From the NCBI GenBank assembly GCA_051294375.1, contig CM119265.1, positions 27,610,874 to 27,674,873 on the forward strand: DNA of 64,000 nt, in the 5' to 3' direction. Numbering within the stretch: the first letter of the stretch is position 1; every line of letters starts with the position of its first letter. A program made the position numbers and the translations under genes. This DNA is from Paraspadella gotoi. Taxonomy: Eukaryota > Animalia > Chaetognatha. Shown here piece after piece: positions 53,001 to 64,000 of the stretch. The notes beneath the pieces were generated by a model. That model made no database searches. It had not been told where the DNA came from and worked only from the letters and a program-made list of their open reading frames with translations.

Positions 53001-56000
53001 TTTTGAAAAAAGTATGCATACTTTGAAAAAAGTATGCATACTTTGAAAAAAGTATGCATACTGTTTTTCAAACTTGCAATACTTTTTTCAACTTGCATAC
53101 TTTGAAAAAAGTATGCATACTTTGAAAAAAGTATGCATACTTTGAAAAAAGTATGCATACTTCAAAAAAGTAGGCATACTTTAAAAAAAGTAGGCATACT
53201 TTGAAAAAAGTAGGCATACTTGAAAAAATAGTATGCACTATGCAGGTTAGAAAAAGTATGCAATTTTGAAAAAGTATGCATACTTTAAAAAAGTATCTTG
53301 TAGAGAAGACAATAAGCTATCCGAATCCGTATTGATATGTATGATTTGTCAATTTTTTTTTTCTTTCTCTCTCTCTCTCTTTGTTAACTTTCTTCTCTTT
53401 ATTAATCAATTTCCTCGTCATTCAGCGTATTTCATAAAGAGATAAGATAAAGAGACTTACAAGGGACAAATGACGCTCGAACGCCAATATCACGGCGTGA
53501 AATTCAAAACACAGACACGCGTTCTAAAACGTAAAAATACGGTATAAGCCCTGTTGAAATATGGTATTTATCTGGCCCGGATCGCGCATGATCAATGCTT
53601 ATTTTTAATTGATGTCCTTATTGGAATAACCTACGTCAACCATTTTCAATACAGACCGGAACGCGCGCTAAAAAAGCTTTTAGCATGCGAAACTTGATAT
53701 CTTTCTATTTCTCTAAATTTAATATAAATACTCTCTAAATTTACCCGCCGCGCTCTACCTGAAACAGATAGTAAAAAACAATACAGTTTCTTTCGATGGT
53801 CTTAGAACAAAAAAAATTGAAGGCTTGACTATGCAGTTTTCACCTAAAAACCAGTTCATTTGATTGCTTTATCAAGCAATTGAGATTGCAAGATTTTTAA
53901 TTTTTTCTTTTTTTTATCTTGTAGAGAAGACCATAAGCTATCCGAAACCGTACTGATATGTATGATTTGTTCTAATTTACAAAAGATCTTGCAGGTTTTT
54001 TGGGAAAAAGGGAAAAAAAAGGCCTGACCAGTTCATTTAATCCCATTTTGGGCATGATAAAATGGGAATTTCGATCGCGCTCTACCTCCGTTGGCTTCCC
54101 AAGACGCCAAGCTTTCGAAATCTACCCATATTGATATAAATTATATGGGCCTTGACTATGCAGTTTTGAATATGAAGTGAAAATATTAAGGAATCTTGAT
54201 CGGAACTTCGATTCGAACGACGCGCAGCACTTTTATACATGACGTTTCTGTTTTTATTGTTTTTAACGTTTCAATCTTTTGACGTTCTTAAACGTTTTTC
54301 TTTTAATTTTTACTGACCTTAAAAAACTACTCATTAAATACTGTATATTATAAAGCCTTTGTCATTATAGAAAGCTGAAATTTTTACTGCATCAACTGGG
54401 ACAACTAATAAGATCCTTTGGACGTGGATTGGCTCATGAGGATTCAGTCAATTGACGAAAATGTGCCCAAGGTGTGCTTTTTTATCCTTTAGGCGAGGGT
54501 AGCACTAAGGGTGTTGCACCAATTTTGACAAAAAGTAGTACAATCTTATTTTTTTACCTCCCAACGTATTTTCCTAGATGTAAATTAAGATGTGAAAACT
54601 TTTCAAATTTGAGTGAAACACCCTAGGGGGCCAATAGGAGGTTGAGTGAAATGTCATTCGCGTAAACTTAAACAATTAAGAATTAATGTGTGTGTTGTAA
54701 GGCATTATGAAGACAAAAGGGAAAGAGAGTTTGCAATTAGTTTAACTTATGAGTGGAGAACAATCTGGGATACAATTATGCACTTTGATACATCTATGTC
54801 ATGCGCCAGGTAGGTTTAAATTTTTGGACAGCATATTTGGATTGCGCATTTGTAGTAATAGTTGGTGTTATTTGTGAGCTTTGTGGTGTTGCAGCACGTG
54901 AGCGATGGCATATTTTGACTTAGTATGAAGTGGTTCTAAAACTCTGGGAGAAGTTGAGAGTTAAAATTCATTAAAATTTAAAATTTGATGATAAGAGAGT
55001 GGATGACCGAGAAATGTGCTTAGGTTTAACAGGACAAGGGGCTAGGGTATGGTTAAGAAATAAACTAGGTTTTACATTAAGATCTGTTATATTCAGGATG
55101 AGAGCAGAGAGGATTAGGCATGTTGAGTCGGCGGTTGAAAATATTTGTGGAAAATATTTGTGATTTATTTGAGAAAGGATTTAGAACAAGATTATTGGGT
55201 TGCCAAATTAAGTGGCAGATTGAGAAGTTTCGTTTGCACATAATACGTTTTTAACTAGCGGTAGCCGACCAAATTCAAATTTTAATGGGAACAGCATTAA
55301 ACTAATCCATTATTGGTATTAATTATTGTGTTAAAATATTTTTTTGCAAAAATGTTCCGAACCATGAGTAATTCGCTAATTAATATTATTATATTGCTAT
55401 ATAATGTCAAAAATTTTGATGTTTTATTACTAAAAATTAGTAAAAACTGCTAAATTCATCGGATGATGATGATGATGATGATTTTTTAAGGTTTTTTTCA
55501 ATTTAAACCCACTTATCATCAAAATATTGGAAAAAGAATTATACTTTGTGTAGATAACTTTTCATAAGCTATTTGAATCTGCTTTAAAAAAAAAATTCAA
55601 AAAAAAAATTTTTGACATTTCCTATCTATAAATAAATATTAAAAAAATAATTACTAATGCTTCTTGCCATTTTAGAAAATTTTGCTCCATTGAAAGTTTT
55701 CTCAGAAATGTATGAAGTTTCATTTGGAAAGGTTCCCAAATCAAACTTCTGACCCACCCCATTGACGAAGTTTGGCTCTATTTTAACGTTTTTAGAACGT
55801 TTATTTTTGTTTTCTTTTGTTTTTACCTTTTAGAAAGGTAAGTTGTTTTGTTTCACATATTGCATTTCAGCATTTTTCTGACGTTTATTTCCTTTTATTG
55901 GGGATGAGCATCGTTTCTAACTATTGAGTAATAATACTTGGTACCGATCGGATAGGAAATTTAAAATACTATCTATATGCAAAATTTCAAAAAAATCGGA

Positions 56001-58945
56001 TAATCCGTTCAAAAGTTATGGCAATAAAACAGTCGCGAAAATCGCGCTTCAAATCGATCAACTTTCGCTTAAAATCGAACTCGTTTTGATCCAATAAGGA
56101 TTTGAACTACCGTAGTACTAAGCTTTAAACCGATAATAGTGATTATGCGCGAACCGGGCCTCATAAGAGAAAATAGAATAAGCAAAGCCCGGAAAAAAGG
56201 GAATCCTTACAAAATAAATCACAAAAATAATATAATTATAACAATAAAAAAGGAAAAAGACAAGAGAGCCAAAGAAGTAATAAATTGAAAGTATATTGAC
56301 TGATCTCACCAGCAAAACTACTATTAAACTAACTCAATTTAATATCGTTAATTCAAGATTGAGAATTCACTATCGTCACTTCACGATTAATTTTTCATTT
56401 TTGAATCATTTTAATTTTATGATAACTGATTTTAATATGATAGCAATAAAACTATAATTAAAAGATAATGATTGATAATGGTAAGTAAATTGATGCAATG
56501 AATGAAATTAATTAAACTAATGATGATGACGATAGTTTAATATCTAAAATTTGTCATATCTGAATCCGGATTTGACTACGATAATTTAGCGGTAATCAGC
56601 TAAAAATTATGCAAGTTGAAAAAGGTATGCAAGTTGAAAAAGGTATGCAAGTTGAAAAAAGTATGCAAGTTGAAAAAATATGCAAGTTAAAAAAAGTATG
56701 CAAGTTGAAAAAAGTATGCAAGTTGAAAAAAGTATGCAAGTTGAAAAAAGTATGCAAACAAGTTGAAAAAAATATGCATACTTTGAAAAAAGTATGCATA
56801 CTTTAAAAAAAAAGTATGCATACTTTGAAAAAAGTATGCATACTTTTGAAAAAAGTATGCATACTTTGAAAAGAGTATGCATACTTCAAAAAAGTAGGCA
56901 TACTTCAAAAAAAGTAGGCATTTGGAAAGGTTCCCAAATCAAACTTCTGACCCACCCATTGACAAAGTTTGGCTCTATTTTAACTTTTTAGAACGTTTAT
57001 TTTTGTTTTCTTTTGTTTTTACCTTTTAGAAAGGTAAGTTGTTTTGTTTCACATATTGCATTTCAGCATTTTTCTGACGTTTATTTCCTTTTATTGGGGA
57101 TGAGCATCGTTTCTAAACTATTGAGTATTTTTAAATAAACTTGGTACCGATCGATAGGAAATTTAAAATACTATCTATATACAAAATTTCATAAAAATCG
57201 GATAATCCGTTCAAAAGTTATGGCAATAAAACAGTCGCGAAAATCGCGCTTCAAATCGATCAACTTTCGCTTAAAATCGAACTCGTTTTGATCCAATAAG
57301 GATTTGAACTACCGTAGTACTAAGCTTTAAACCGATAATAGTGATTATGCGCGAACCGGGCCTCATAAGAGAAAATAGAATAAGCAAAGCCCGGAAAAAA
57401 AGGAATCCTTACAAAATAAATCCAAAAAATAATATAATTATAAAAGAATAAAAAAGGAAAAAGACAAGAGAGCCAAAGAAGTAATAAATTGAAAGTATAT
57501 TGACTGATCTCACCAGCAAAACTACAAAGTATGCATACTTTGAAAAAAGTATGCATACTTTGAAAAAAGTATGCATACTTTGAAAAAGTACGCATACTTT
57601 GAAAAAAGTATGCATACTTTGAAAAAAGTATGCATACTTTGAAAAAAGTATGCATACTTTTTCAACTTGCATACTTTTTTCAACTTGCATACTTTGAAAA
57701 AAGTATGCATACTTTGAAAAAAGTATGCATACTTTGAAAAAAGTATGCATACTTCAAAAAAGTAGGCATACTTTAAAAAAAGTAGGCATACTTTGAAAAA
57801 AGTAGGCATACTTGGAAAAATAGTATGCACTATGCAGGTTAGAAAAAGTATGCAATTTTGAAAAAAGTATGCATACTTTAAAAAAGTATCTTGTAGAGAA
57901 GACAATAAGCTATCCGAATCCGTATTGATATGTATGATTTGTCAATTTTTTTTTTCTTCTCTCTCTCTCTCTTGTTAAACTTTCTTCTCTTTTAAATCAA
58001 TTTCCTCGTCATTCAGCGTATTTTCATAAAGAGATAAGATAAAGAGACTTACAAGGGACAAATGACGCCTCGAACGCCAATATCACGGCGTGAAATTCAA
58101 AACACAGACCGCGTTCTAAAACGTAAAAATACGGTAAAGCCATGTTGAAATATGGTATTTATCTGGCCCGGATCGCGCATGATCAATGCTTATTTTTAAT
58201 TGATGTCCTTATTGGATAACCTACGTCAACCATTTTCAATACAGACCGGAACGCGCTTAAAAAAGCTTTTAGCATGCGAAAACTTGATATCCTTTCTATT
58301 TGCTCTAAATTTAATATAAACTCTCTAAATTTACCCCCGCGCTCTACCTGAAACAGATAGTAAAAACAATACAGTTTCTTTCGATGGTCTTAGAACAAAA
58401 AAAATTGAAGGCTTGACTATGCAGTTTTCACCTAAAAAACCAGTTCATTTGATTGCTTTATCAAGCAATTGAGATTGCAAGATTTTTAATTTTTCTTTTT
58501 TTTATCTTGTAGAGAAGACCATAAGCTATCCGAAACCGTACTGATATGTATGATTTGTTCTAATTTACAAAAGATCTTGCAGGTTTTTTGGGAAAAGGGA
58601 AAAAACGGCCTGACCAGTTCATTTAAATCCCATTTTTGGGCATGATAAAATGGGAATTTCGATCGCGCTCTACCTCCGTTGGCTTCCCAAGACGCCAAGC
58701 TTTCGAAATCTACCCATATTGATATAATTTATATGGGCCTTGACTATGCAGTTTTGAATAGAAGTAAAGATATTAAGGAATCTTGATCGGAACTTCGATT
58801 CGAACGACGCGCAGCCCTACTTTTATACATGACGTTTCTGTTTTTATTGTTTTTAACGTTTCAATCTTTTGACGTTCTTAAACGTTTTTCTTTTAATTTG
58901 TTACTGACCTTTAAAAACTACTTCATTAAATACTGTATATTATAA
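49738..58945. repeat. Near-identical 4.6-kb tandem duplication (49738-54352 / 54353-58945), each unit with two internal ~600-bp repeats
   Basis: Continuous identity apart from small indels. Confidence 0.93.
52000..53300. repeat. 18-20-bp minisatellites (aaaaaagtatgcaagttg; aaaaaagtatgcatactttg); duplicate at 56608-57890
   Basis: Direct tandem arrays. The unit contains the perfect palindrome AAAGTATGCATACTTT. Confidence 0.95.
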
Positions 58946-59126
58946 ATATTACTTTTACAGTATTTAATGAAGTAGTTTTTAACATTTTAGTAATGTTATA
59001 AGTGTTGATGTTAGTGTATTACATCTTTATCAGTGTAGTTTTTATTTGTTTACTGTGTTCCAGTCTTTTTACGCAGTTGTTGATACCATTACTGTTTTTG
59101 TATTCAATATAATAAATAAATAATTG

Positions 59127-59358
59127 AAAAGACAATAATTATTTTTATGAGTTAGTGACAGAACCGTTCAATATAAGCAGTCCCTGAGCTTCGGACCAGG
59201 GTGTAACACCGTGTTACAGGCGGGTTAAGCGCCCCGTCCCTCTTATCTGCTAGGCGACCACCGGGCTAGAACCCCAGACCTTTGGGTTGGGAGGCGAATG
59301 ACTTGCCTCCGGCACCAATGGCCGCTGATGAACGGTTGGTGGATTTTAGTCCACCATA
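59127..59358 (-). mobile_element. Family 2 tRNA(Gly-like)-containing element with twister-like ribozyme
   Basis: 72-nt tRNA-like block at 59325-59254 (acceptor stem gcggcca/tggtcgc, CCC loop, B box GGTTCTAGCCC). Second copy at 60110-60342, fragments at ~43627-43680 and ~47267-47322. Confidence 0.8.
59176..59251 (-). ncRNA. Twister-like ribozyme, P5-permuted
   Basis: agcag(P5)..agg-GA-cgg-ggcgct-TAA-ccc-GC-c-tgtaacac-g-gtgttaca(P3)-ccctgg-TCCGAAGC-tcaggg(P4)-a-ctgct(P5'). T1 is ccg:cgg. P1 is very short and P2 imperfect. Confidence 0.65.
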
Positions 59359-59543
59359 TAATAAATAAAAAAAGTTAATGCCATTGTTCAAGTCCTTTTG
59401 GGGAAAAAAATTTAAATTAAGTAATTTAGTTATCACCAGTGACTTTGTTATAAATTAACTCCAGTTTATTTCAAAGATTTTAGCAGCATTGATTGTTATG
59501 ACACCATCGGCGCCAAAGGGAAAAAAATTATTTTATTTTTCAG

Positions 59544-59611
59544 TTGGTAACAGAAGAAATGGTGAAAATCTATTATGTGACTACACAGAAAGCAAGAGCT
59601 TTGATTACAGA
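59544..59611 (+). CDS. Gene B exon VGNRRNGENLLCDYTESKSFDYR
   Basis: tttcag|...|gtaagt, 68 nt. Differences from gene A in the first half are mostly synonymous. Confidence 0.88.
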
Positions 59612-59925
59612 GTAAGTCAAACATAATAAAGAGCGAGATCATTTTCATGGTTAGAAATCGATACGCATGCAAGCATCGCAGATGGAATCGGATCGGCGAC
59701 TCGGATAAAATCTATCGAGGACTTTCTGATTGGATGAATCATCATCGAAACGGACCAATGAGTAGAAAACGAGCCCGTGTCGATGATCCGATTGTATTGT
59801 ATTGTATTGTTTTGTATTATACCTGACCATTTTGAATTAAATGCATCTGTCTCAAATTCTGACACCGTCTTTGTTTGTGACTTTTCTGAGAATAAAATCC
59901 ACTTTGGTTTTAAGTTGAAATCTCT

Positions 59926-60049
59926 GTCCACTTACTTAAAAGTGGTGCTAGTGGTTGGATTCGAACCCACGCCTCCAGAAAGATTGTCTACTTACTTAAA
60001 TGTGGTGGCAGTGGTGAGATTCGAACCCACGCCTCGAGAGAGACTGGTG
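59926..60049 (-). pseudogene. Two tandem tRNA-Leu 3' halves ending in CCA (60-bp period)
   Basis: Minus strand ccagtctctctcgaggcgtgggttcgaatctcaccactgcca-CCA: variable arm, T arm and acceptor strand of tRNA-Leu, with no 5' half. Confidence 0.8.
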
Positions 60050-60109
60050 TTCTATTCTTAATTATCGTTATTTTTTAGTTTAGTAGTACTCGTGGAGAAA
60101 CTCACTTCT

Positions 60110-60342
60110 GAAAAGACAGTAATAATTATTATGTGTTAGTGACAGAACAGTTCAATGGAAGCAGTCCCTGAGCTTCTGATTAGGCTGTAACACCGTGTTA
60201 CTGGAGGGTTAAGCGCCCCGTCCCTCGTAACTGCCAGGCGGCCACCGGGCTAGAACCCCGGACATTTGGGTTGGGAGGCGAATGACTTGCCTCCGGCACC
60301 AATAGCCGCTGATGAACGGTTGGTGGATTTTAGTCCACCATA
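60110..60342 (-). mobile_element. Family 2 tRNA/twister-like element, more decayed copy
   Basis: Aligns end to end with 59127-59358. Confidence 0.8.
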
Positions 60343-60525
60343 CTTCTTTTTTTTTACAATCATGATTATTAAGAATTTGTTAATGTACTATAAATTGAAC
60401 AATGTTTCAAACTTGTGTAAATGCGTGATAACCAAAAATTACGATCAAATGACCAATACTATCTAGGAAAAAAGTATATCACATTTTTAGTAGAGGAAAT
60501 CTACTCAAAAACTTTTTTGATTAAA

Positions 60526-61752
60526 AACAAGTTTGAACAAACAATGTCGGATCTGTCCACGATCATTAGCGGTAATTAATTAATTTTTTAATACAAATTA
60601 TATAAACTAAAAAAAATTAATAAATTAATTAATTTGATCCGAAATGTTTGTTTTTAGGTCTTTTGATCACTGACTGTGGATAAGTCGCTAAATTGGTTGA
60701 AGAAGATTATCCGTAACTTCTTCACCCCCTCTAGCAGATATGGAACGGGTCCTCGGCTTGGAACCAGGCTTGAGGGTTTTCCACGCCCCCAAAACGGCTT
60801 ACGGCCGTCCTCGCACTTCCCGCAGGGTAGGTACCGGGTTGTGATTGAACCCGGTACCTAATGGTCATGAGCTGATGGCTTTACTCAATGAGCCACCGGG
60901 TCACGACTGAAGGTTTTATGCTTAGAGGCGGGGTGAACTTTGCTATGCCCAACTACATGACCATGACAAAAGCAAAAGAAATGACAATGATGGCGACGAC
61001 GACAATAATGATTGACTTAATTGATTGATTGATTGATTAAATAATTAATTAATTTATAAATAAATTGATTGATTGAATAATTAATTTATAAATAACTATA
61101 TAAATTTATTCATTGAATAATTGATTAATTGACCGATTAGTTAATTGTTTATTAATTAATTGACTAATTGATTAATTAACTGATTAATTATTTGATTAAT
61201 TAATACATCTTGCATTTATATTTAATATAAAAAGAAAAAGAAGCATGATCAATTAGTGAAACAGGTTTTTTGTTTTCTTCCATTTAAACTCATTTTCACT
61301 CAGATGATTTCATCGAAACTTGATTTCCAGCTTAATCATACACTTTCCTACCCACATACAAAATTTCAAGTCACTCGCCCCGTTCACTCATAAGTAATTG
61401 ACGTTCAAATAGTGAAATATATTTTTTTGTTTTTTCCATTTAAACTCATTTCCACTTAAACGATTCCATCGAAACTTCCTATCCAGCTCAATCACACACA
61501 TCCCTACCCACACACAAAATTTCATTCCAATCCATCCATCTAATCACGAGCAATCAGAGTTTTTTGCTAAGGTGGGACGGACCGAAAGACGGAGACGGAT
61601 GTCCTGACGGATATCATTTTTTTTGCATAACTTAACATAATTCGATGTTCTGACATGATATAAGTGAATGCCCGACAAGATTGAGGGGGCGGACCGACGG
61701 ACCGACAAAGTTAATTATAGAGTTGGGATCTGCTAATAAGCAGATCCGACCA
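60526..61752 (-). mobile_element. Full-length DINE-1/HINE-like element with a nested family 1 copy
   Basis: Minus-strand 5' gtcggatctgc-ttatta-gcagatcc and 3' cagatccgac-attgtttgttcaaacttgtt. Confidence 0.7.
60675..60959 (-). mobile_element. Family 1 tRNA/twister-like element, monomeric diverged copy
   Basis: Aligns with 41801-42084 with nearly the same boundaries. Confidence 0.8.
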
Positions 61753-62002
61753 AAAAATCAGAATGTTTCCGAATCTACATTGAACTTCCTTTCAGTAGCT
61801 TCCTTCCATTTTTTCGTAGGTAGAATCGTTTAGAAGTTACAGGCAAAAAAAGATCGCTACTTCAAATGAAAAATAGCAACAAAAAAAATCATATTTAATT
61901 ATCCACCATTTTTAGTATTTAGTTTTTTGTTTTTATTTCAAATAGAGTTAGTTGTTTATTTTCTTTTTTAATTTGGAAATGCTAAAGGCATTGCACCTTT
62001 TT

Positions 62003-62192
62003 AGTCGGATCTACTTATCAGCAGATTCCGACTCTATAATTCACTTTGTCGGTCCATCTGTCCCACCCCTAAATATTGTCGGGCACTCACTTAAATCATG
62101 TCAGAATATCGAATTATGATAAATTATGAAAAAAAAAAGATGTCCGTCTGTCCGTTAGCAAAAAACTCCAATTACTCGTGATTGGATAGATG
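62003..62192 (+). mobile_element. 5' fragment of a DINE-1/HINE-like element
   Basis: Same terminal inverted repeat and first ~190 bp as 32968. Confidence 0.7.
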
Positions 62193-62201
62193 GAAAGATG
62201 C

Positions 62202-62342
62202 AAAACTTCATCGGAGCTGAAAAAAATTGCGTTAAAGATGTGGAAAAATATTTCACTGTCATACCTCAATTTGCTGTATGAGAGCAAGCCTAGAAAAATG
62301 CAGGCAGTAGTAGATGCCGAGGAAGGGCATACTAAATATTGA
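62202..62342 (+). pseudogene. Tc1 transposase C-terminal remnant
   Basis: ELKKIALKMWKNISLSYLNLLYESKPRKMQAVVDAEEGHTKY*, matching the Tc1 ending SMP.R..AVI.A.GG.TKY*. Confidence 0.85.
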
Positions 62343-62601
62343 AAATGTTTTACCCATGTTTTGTATATTTTTTATTGAATAAATGAACTTTTCAACAATT
62401 ATGTGATGATACTAGATAGTACTTACATATTTGTGTATCCAGACACGCGATCACTAATGGGCAACACCTTGATCATGCCAGTTCTTTTAAATTCATTACT
62501 TCTTCGTGTATATAAACTAATAAAGCATTTATTTATTCGCTTATATTAATTTTTTCCCAAATCTATTCACCATCACAATTGCCTCTGCTTAACTCCTGCA
62601 G

Positions 62602-62728
62602 AGACGCATGCCCTGGCCGATGACTGTTATGTGTGCCGCCAGGGGCGCTCGGCACGTTGGTCGATACGTCACAATATCGAAGGCATCCACGGGTCGATTG
62701 GCAGTCTGTGAGATGAGAGTCTATGCCA
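62602..62728 (+). CDS. Gene B exon RRMPWPMTVMCAARGARHVGRYVTISKASTGRLAVCEMRVYA
   Basis: ctgcag|...|gtgagt, with the FTP C-terminal signature. Paralogous to 29170-29299. The gene continues beyond the window. Confidence 0.9.
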
Positions 62729-62894
62729 GTGAGTATGTGATTCTTACATGAATCTATTATGGCAGAACTGGTTACATACTAACAGAAGTCCGGTATACAT
62801 ATTGTTAATGAGTTTATTTAAGAACGAGAAATTAAAAAAACAATTTCAAGATTTATTTTTTAGTTAAATACAAGGATGCCATTTTATGTTATCC

Positions 62895-63890
62895 AATACT
62901 ATATATTTAAAAATTTAAAATAAACAAAAATATAACAAATCAAATAAGGTACATAGCTATTTTAGTGTAATGAAGTCTGTAAAATTCTATGTTGATAACC
63001 ATTTTTTTTGTATAGTTTCATCTTCTTTGTCGGAAATGGCGATTTATGCAGCATATAAGGTACTATTCAAATGCAACAAACGTTGTAGAGTATAAGAAAT
63101 TCAAATTATTAAAATTTTATAAAAGCAATATTTAGCTTACATAATATGAAAATAAAGACCCATATAAATATTTCGGTAAGTTTATTTACAAATTTTATAT
63201 TTTATAAACTGTTTGTTTGCTATATTTGTTAATAATAATAATAAAAAAATAAGCTTAGGTGAAAAAATTAAAATTTTTAAATCTTAAAACCGGTTTTAAA
63301 TTCCTTACAAAAAGTTGATATAAGAAAGTATAATCCATTTTAACAAATTCTTTCATTAAGTTGATTAAAAATGTTAAAAAACATTTTTTTTATTTAACTT
63401 TTCAATTTTTGGCTTAAATATATTTTTATAAATTTTGACCAACTTAATAACATAATTTTGGAATAAAAATTATATTTTCTTGGGTCAACCTTTTGCAAGG
63501 AATACAAATCCAGGAATAAAATTTTGAAATTATTTTTTTTTAACTTTAACCTAATTTTTATTCATAATTATAAATAAATATAGTTAACTAACTTTTTATA
63601 AATATAAAATTTAGAAATAAACCTACCAAATATTATTATTTTATATTTCAAAAGCTCATATAAATTTTATAAAATTTTAATAATTTGATTTATCTTAACT
63701 TAAAATTGTTTTTTTTTTATGACAATTTTATATACATTATAAATCGTCATTTTCGACAAGAAAGATAAAATTATACAAAAAAATGGTCATCACCATCGAA
63801 TTCTACAGACTTTGTTTGCACTAAAATAGCTATGTACCTTATTCGATTTGTTATATTTTGTTTATTTTTAAACGCCCTATATAATAGTAT
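62895..63890. mobile_element. ~1-kb MITE-like element with ~90-bp inverted ends
   Basis: aaaataaacaaaaatataacaaatc..aaggtacatagctattttagtg (62917-62968) is inverted at 63819-63870. Confidence 0.65.
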
Positions 63891-64000
63891 TATAGTATAT
63901 AATATATAATAATATATAATACTATATAATGTCCAAAATAATAATCTAATAGAGCTTGAAAGTTAAAAAAATTTAATGGTTTGTCCATGAAAATTAGCAA

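Noticed and set aside
51989-57905. CRISPR-like array or repetitive proteins (KYAYFFQSMHTFFKVCILFS ORFs)
   Set aside because: The repeats are contiguous with no unique spacers, there are no cas genes, and the ORFs are translations of an 18-20-bp minisatellite.

Overview
AT-rich, repeat-dense animal genomic DNA, probably invertebrate (inference). It has spliceosomal introns, (CT)n and (AAT)n microsatellites and two 25-N scaffold gaps, and the left ~40 kb is visibly indel-rich. Most listed ORFs are spurious. Genes read by hand: a nanos exon on the minus strand (601-1284, frameshifted CCHC zinc finger) and two tandem paralogous multi-exon genes on the plus strand encoding divergent F-type-lectin-like (FTP) domains. 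Gene A (~10.3-31.7 kb) adds a mucin stalk, a transmembrane helix and an acidic tail. Gene B runs from ~43.2 kb past the window end. The introns hold decayed CR1/L2-type LINEs, DINE-1/HINE-like elements, MITEs, a Mutator-like foldback with an 11-bp TSD, a Tc1 remnant and multi-kb tandem duplications, some probably assembly artefacts. The most notable signal is at least two unrelated tRNA-headed short retroelement families that each carry a twister-ribozyme-like fold downstream of the tRNA part, in different circular permutations (P3-like and P5-like) with a compensatory change in pseudoknot T1. One occurs as a 407-bp head-to-tail repeat, like a retrozyme. Penelope-type minimal hammerhead remnants and CCA-bearing tRNA-Leu 3' halves are also present. 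All structures were folded by eye; no database search was run.
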